In this document: positions 62,705 to 64,000 of the stretch, piece by piece | Numbering within the stretch: the stretch's first letter is position 1 | How the letters are laid out: each line of letters opens with the position of its first letter | Source: Dipteris shenzhenensis | Lineage: Eukaryota | Assembly: GCA_047967505.1 (NCBI GenBank) | Contig: CM106538.1 | DNA length: 64,000 bases | Strand: one strand, 5' to 3' | The notes under the pieces: generated by a model | Databases searched by the model: none | Told to the model about the DNA's origin: nothing | The model's input: only the letters and a program-made list of their open reading frames with translations | Made by a program: the position numbers and the translations under genes

Positions 62705-64000
62705 GTTGTTACACCACCGGAAAAGCCATTGCCGTGATGGGTAAGGCAGCACTACGACCATGATAACTAGATGCCTATGTCTGTTGAGCAGCATGCAGAT
62801 GGACCAAGGCTGTCTCAGAGAATCGAGGAGCAAAAGAGGGCTTCTACTCACATAGTCAATATGAGTCAATATGGCCTTGATGGCTGAGATTATTGCAGTA
62901 GTAAAGGAGCCTGCGAGTTTGGAGGAAGCACTTGTAGACTGAGATTGGAAAAACACTATGCAAGTAGAATATGACACCATCATGAAGAATGAAACTTGGG
63001 AGCTGGTAGATCGACCATCTAATAGGAAAGGTTATTGGCACCAAGTGGGTTTGGAAGGTAAAGTACAAGGCCTATGAGACTTTGGAAAAGTACAAAGCCA
63101 GATTTGTTGCACAAGGATTTTTGCAGTTGAAGGGTTTGATTTTCAGGAATCTTTCGCTCCAACTACCAGAATGACCACTATTCGCACAGTGCTATTGGTG
63201 GCTACTCATAAAAAGTGGCTAGTTTATCAAATGGATGTTAAATCAGCATTCTTGAATGGTGACCTCAAGGAGGACGTGTATGTGGCTCAGCCACTTGGGT
63301 TTCAGGCCCCCCATTCTAAGAGCAAGGTATGTAAGCTAAAGAAGGCTGTGTATGGGCTGAAACAAGCCCCAAGAGCATGGTACCAATGGATAGACAAATT
63401 CTTTCATAAATTAAACTTCAAAAGATGTGCCTCAGATGCTAATGCGTACAGGAAAGGTGGAAAATCTGCTATTATTATTTTATATGTGGATGATCTCCTT
63501 ATTACAGGTGACTATGAAGACATGATTTAGCAGACTAGAAAGGCATTGAGCATAGAGTTTGAGATGATAGACTTAGGCTTGATGCACTACTGTTTGGGGA
63601 TTGAATTTTGGCAAGAGACAAGCAAGATCTTCATCTCTTAGCAGAAATATGCAAGGGAGATCTTGAAGGCATTTAGTATGTCCAAGTGCAAGGAGATAGC
63701 TACACCTATGGAGGTAAATGTGAGGCTATCTATGGAGGATGCCTCACCACCAGTAGACATTAGGAGGTATAAGAAGTTGGTTAGAAATCTCGTCTATCTG
63801 TGCAACACCAGATCGGATAGTAGTTTTGCTATTGGTGTTTTGAGCAGGTTCTCCAATAAGCCTCGGGAGAATCATTGGAATGCAGGGATGCGGGTGCTCA
63901 AGTATGTGAAGGGCACTCTTGATTATGGCATTACTTATGGTATGGTCACTTCCTTGGCTGGTCATTGTGACTCATATTGGGGGCTGGAGATGTTGATTCT
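62705..64000 (+). pseudogene. pol: copia family C-related pol (RT region), runs off the window
   Basis: EPASLEEA, WELVDRP, QMDVKSAFLNGDL, LYVDDLL; similar to 38437-40109. Confidence 0.92.

Overview
Gene-poor, transposon-saturated plant DNA. Plant origin is supported by a TTTAGGG-type telomere-like array, GT-AG introns, and copia, gypsy and CACTA elements; a non-flowering plant such as a fern is my guess only. I see no intact host gene. Elements that can be delimited: a full-length short-LTR Ty1/copia element (28789-34671, TSD TGTGC) plus the 3' end of a sister copy (1-1145); a complete CACTA transposon (10666-19666, TSD ATA) with two divergently transcribed genes; a Tat-like Ty3/gypsy element (40293-52332) with dual RNase H, a tRNA-Ala-type PBS, 4-bp TSDs and an antisense solo LTR of its own family; several nested or rearranged copia elements (35279-64000); two MITE families (6-bp and 8-bp TSDs); and several tandem arrays. 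The most unusual content is a decayed, intron-containing gene (24870-28204, minus strand; partial duplicate at 21455-22722). It encodes a ParB-like domain fused to a prokaryote-type beta-class DNA amino-methyltransferase (N6A/N4C). It is co-oriented with a Sola/DUF7869-like transposase pseudogene and bracketed by tandem arrays, so it may be cargo of a large methyltransferase-carrying DNA transposon. All family assignments come from motif recognition by eye; no database search was run.
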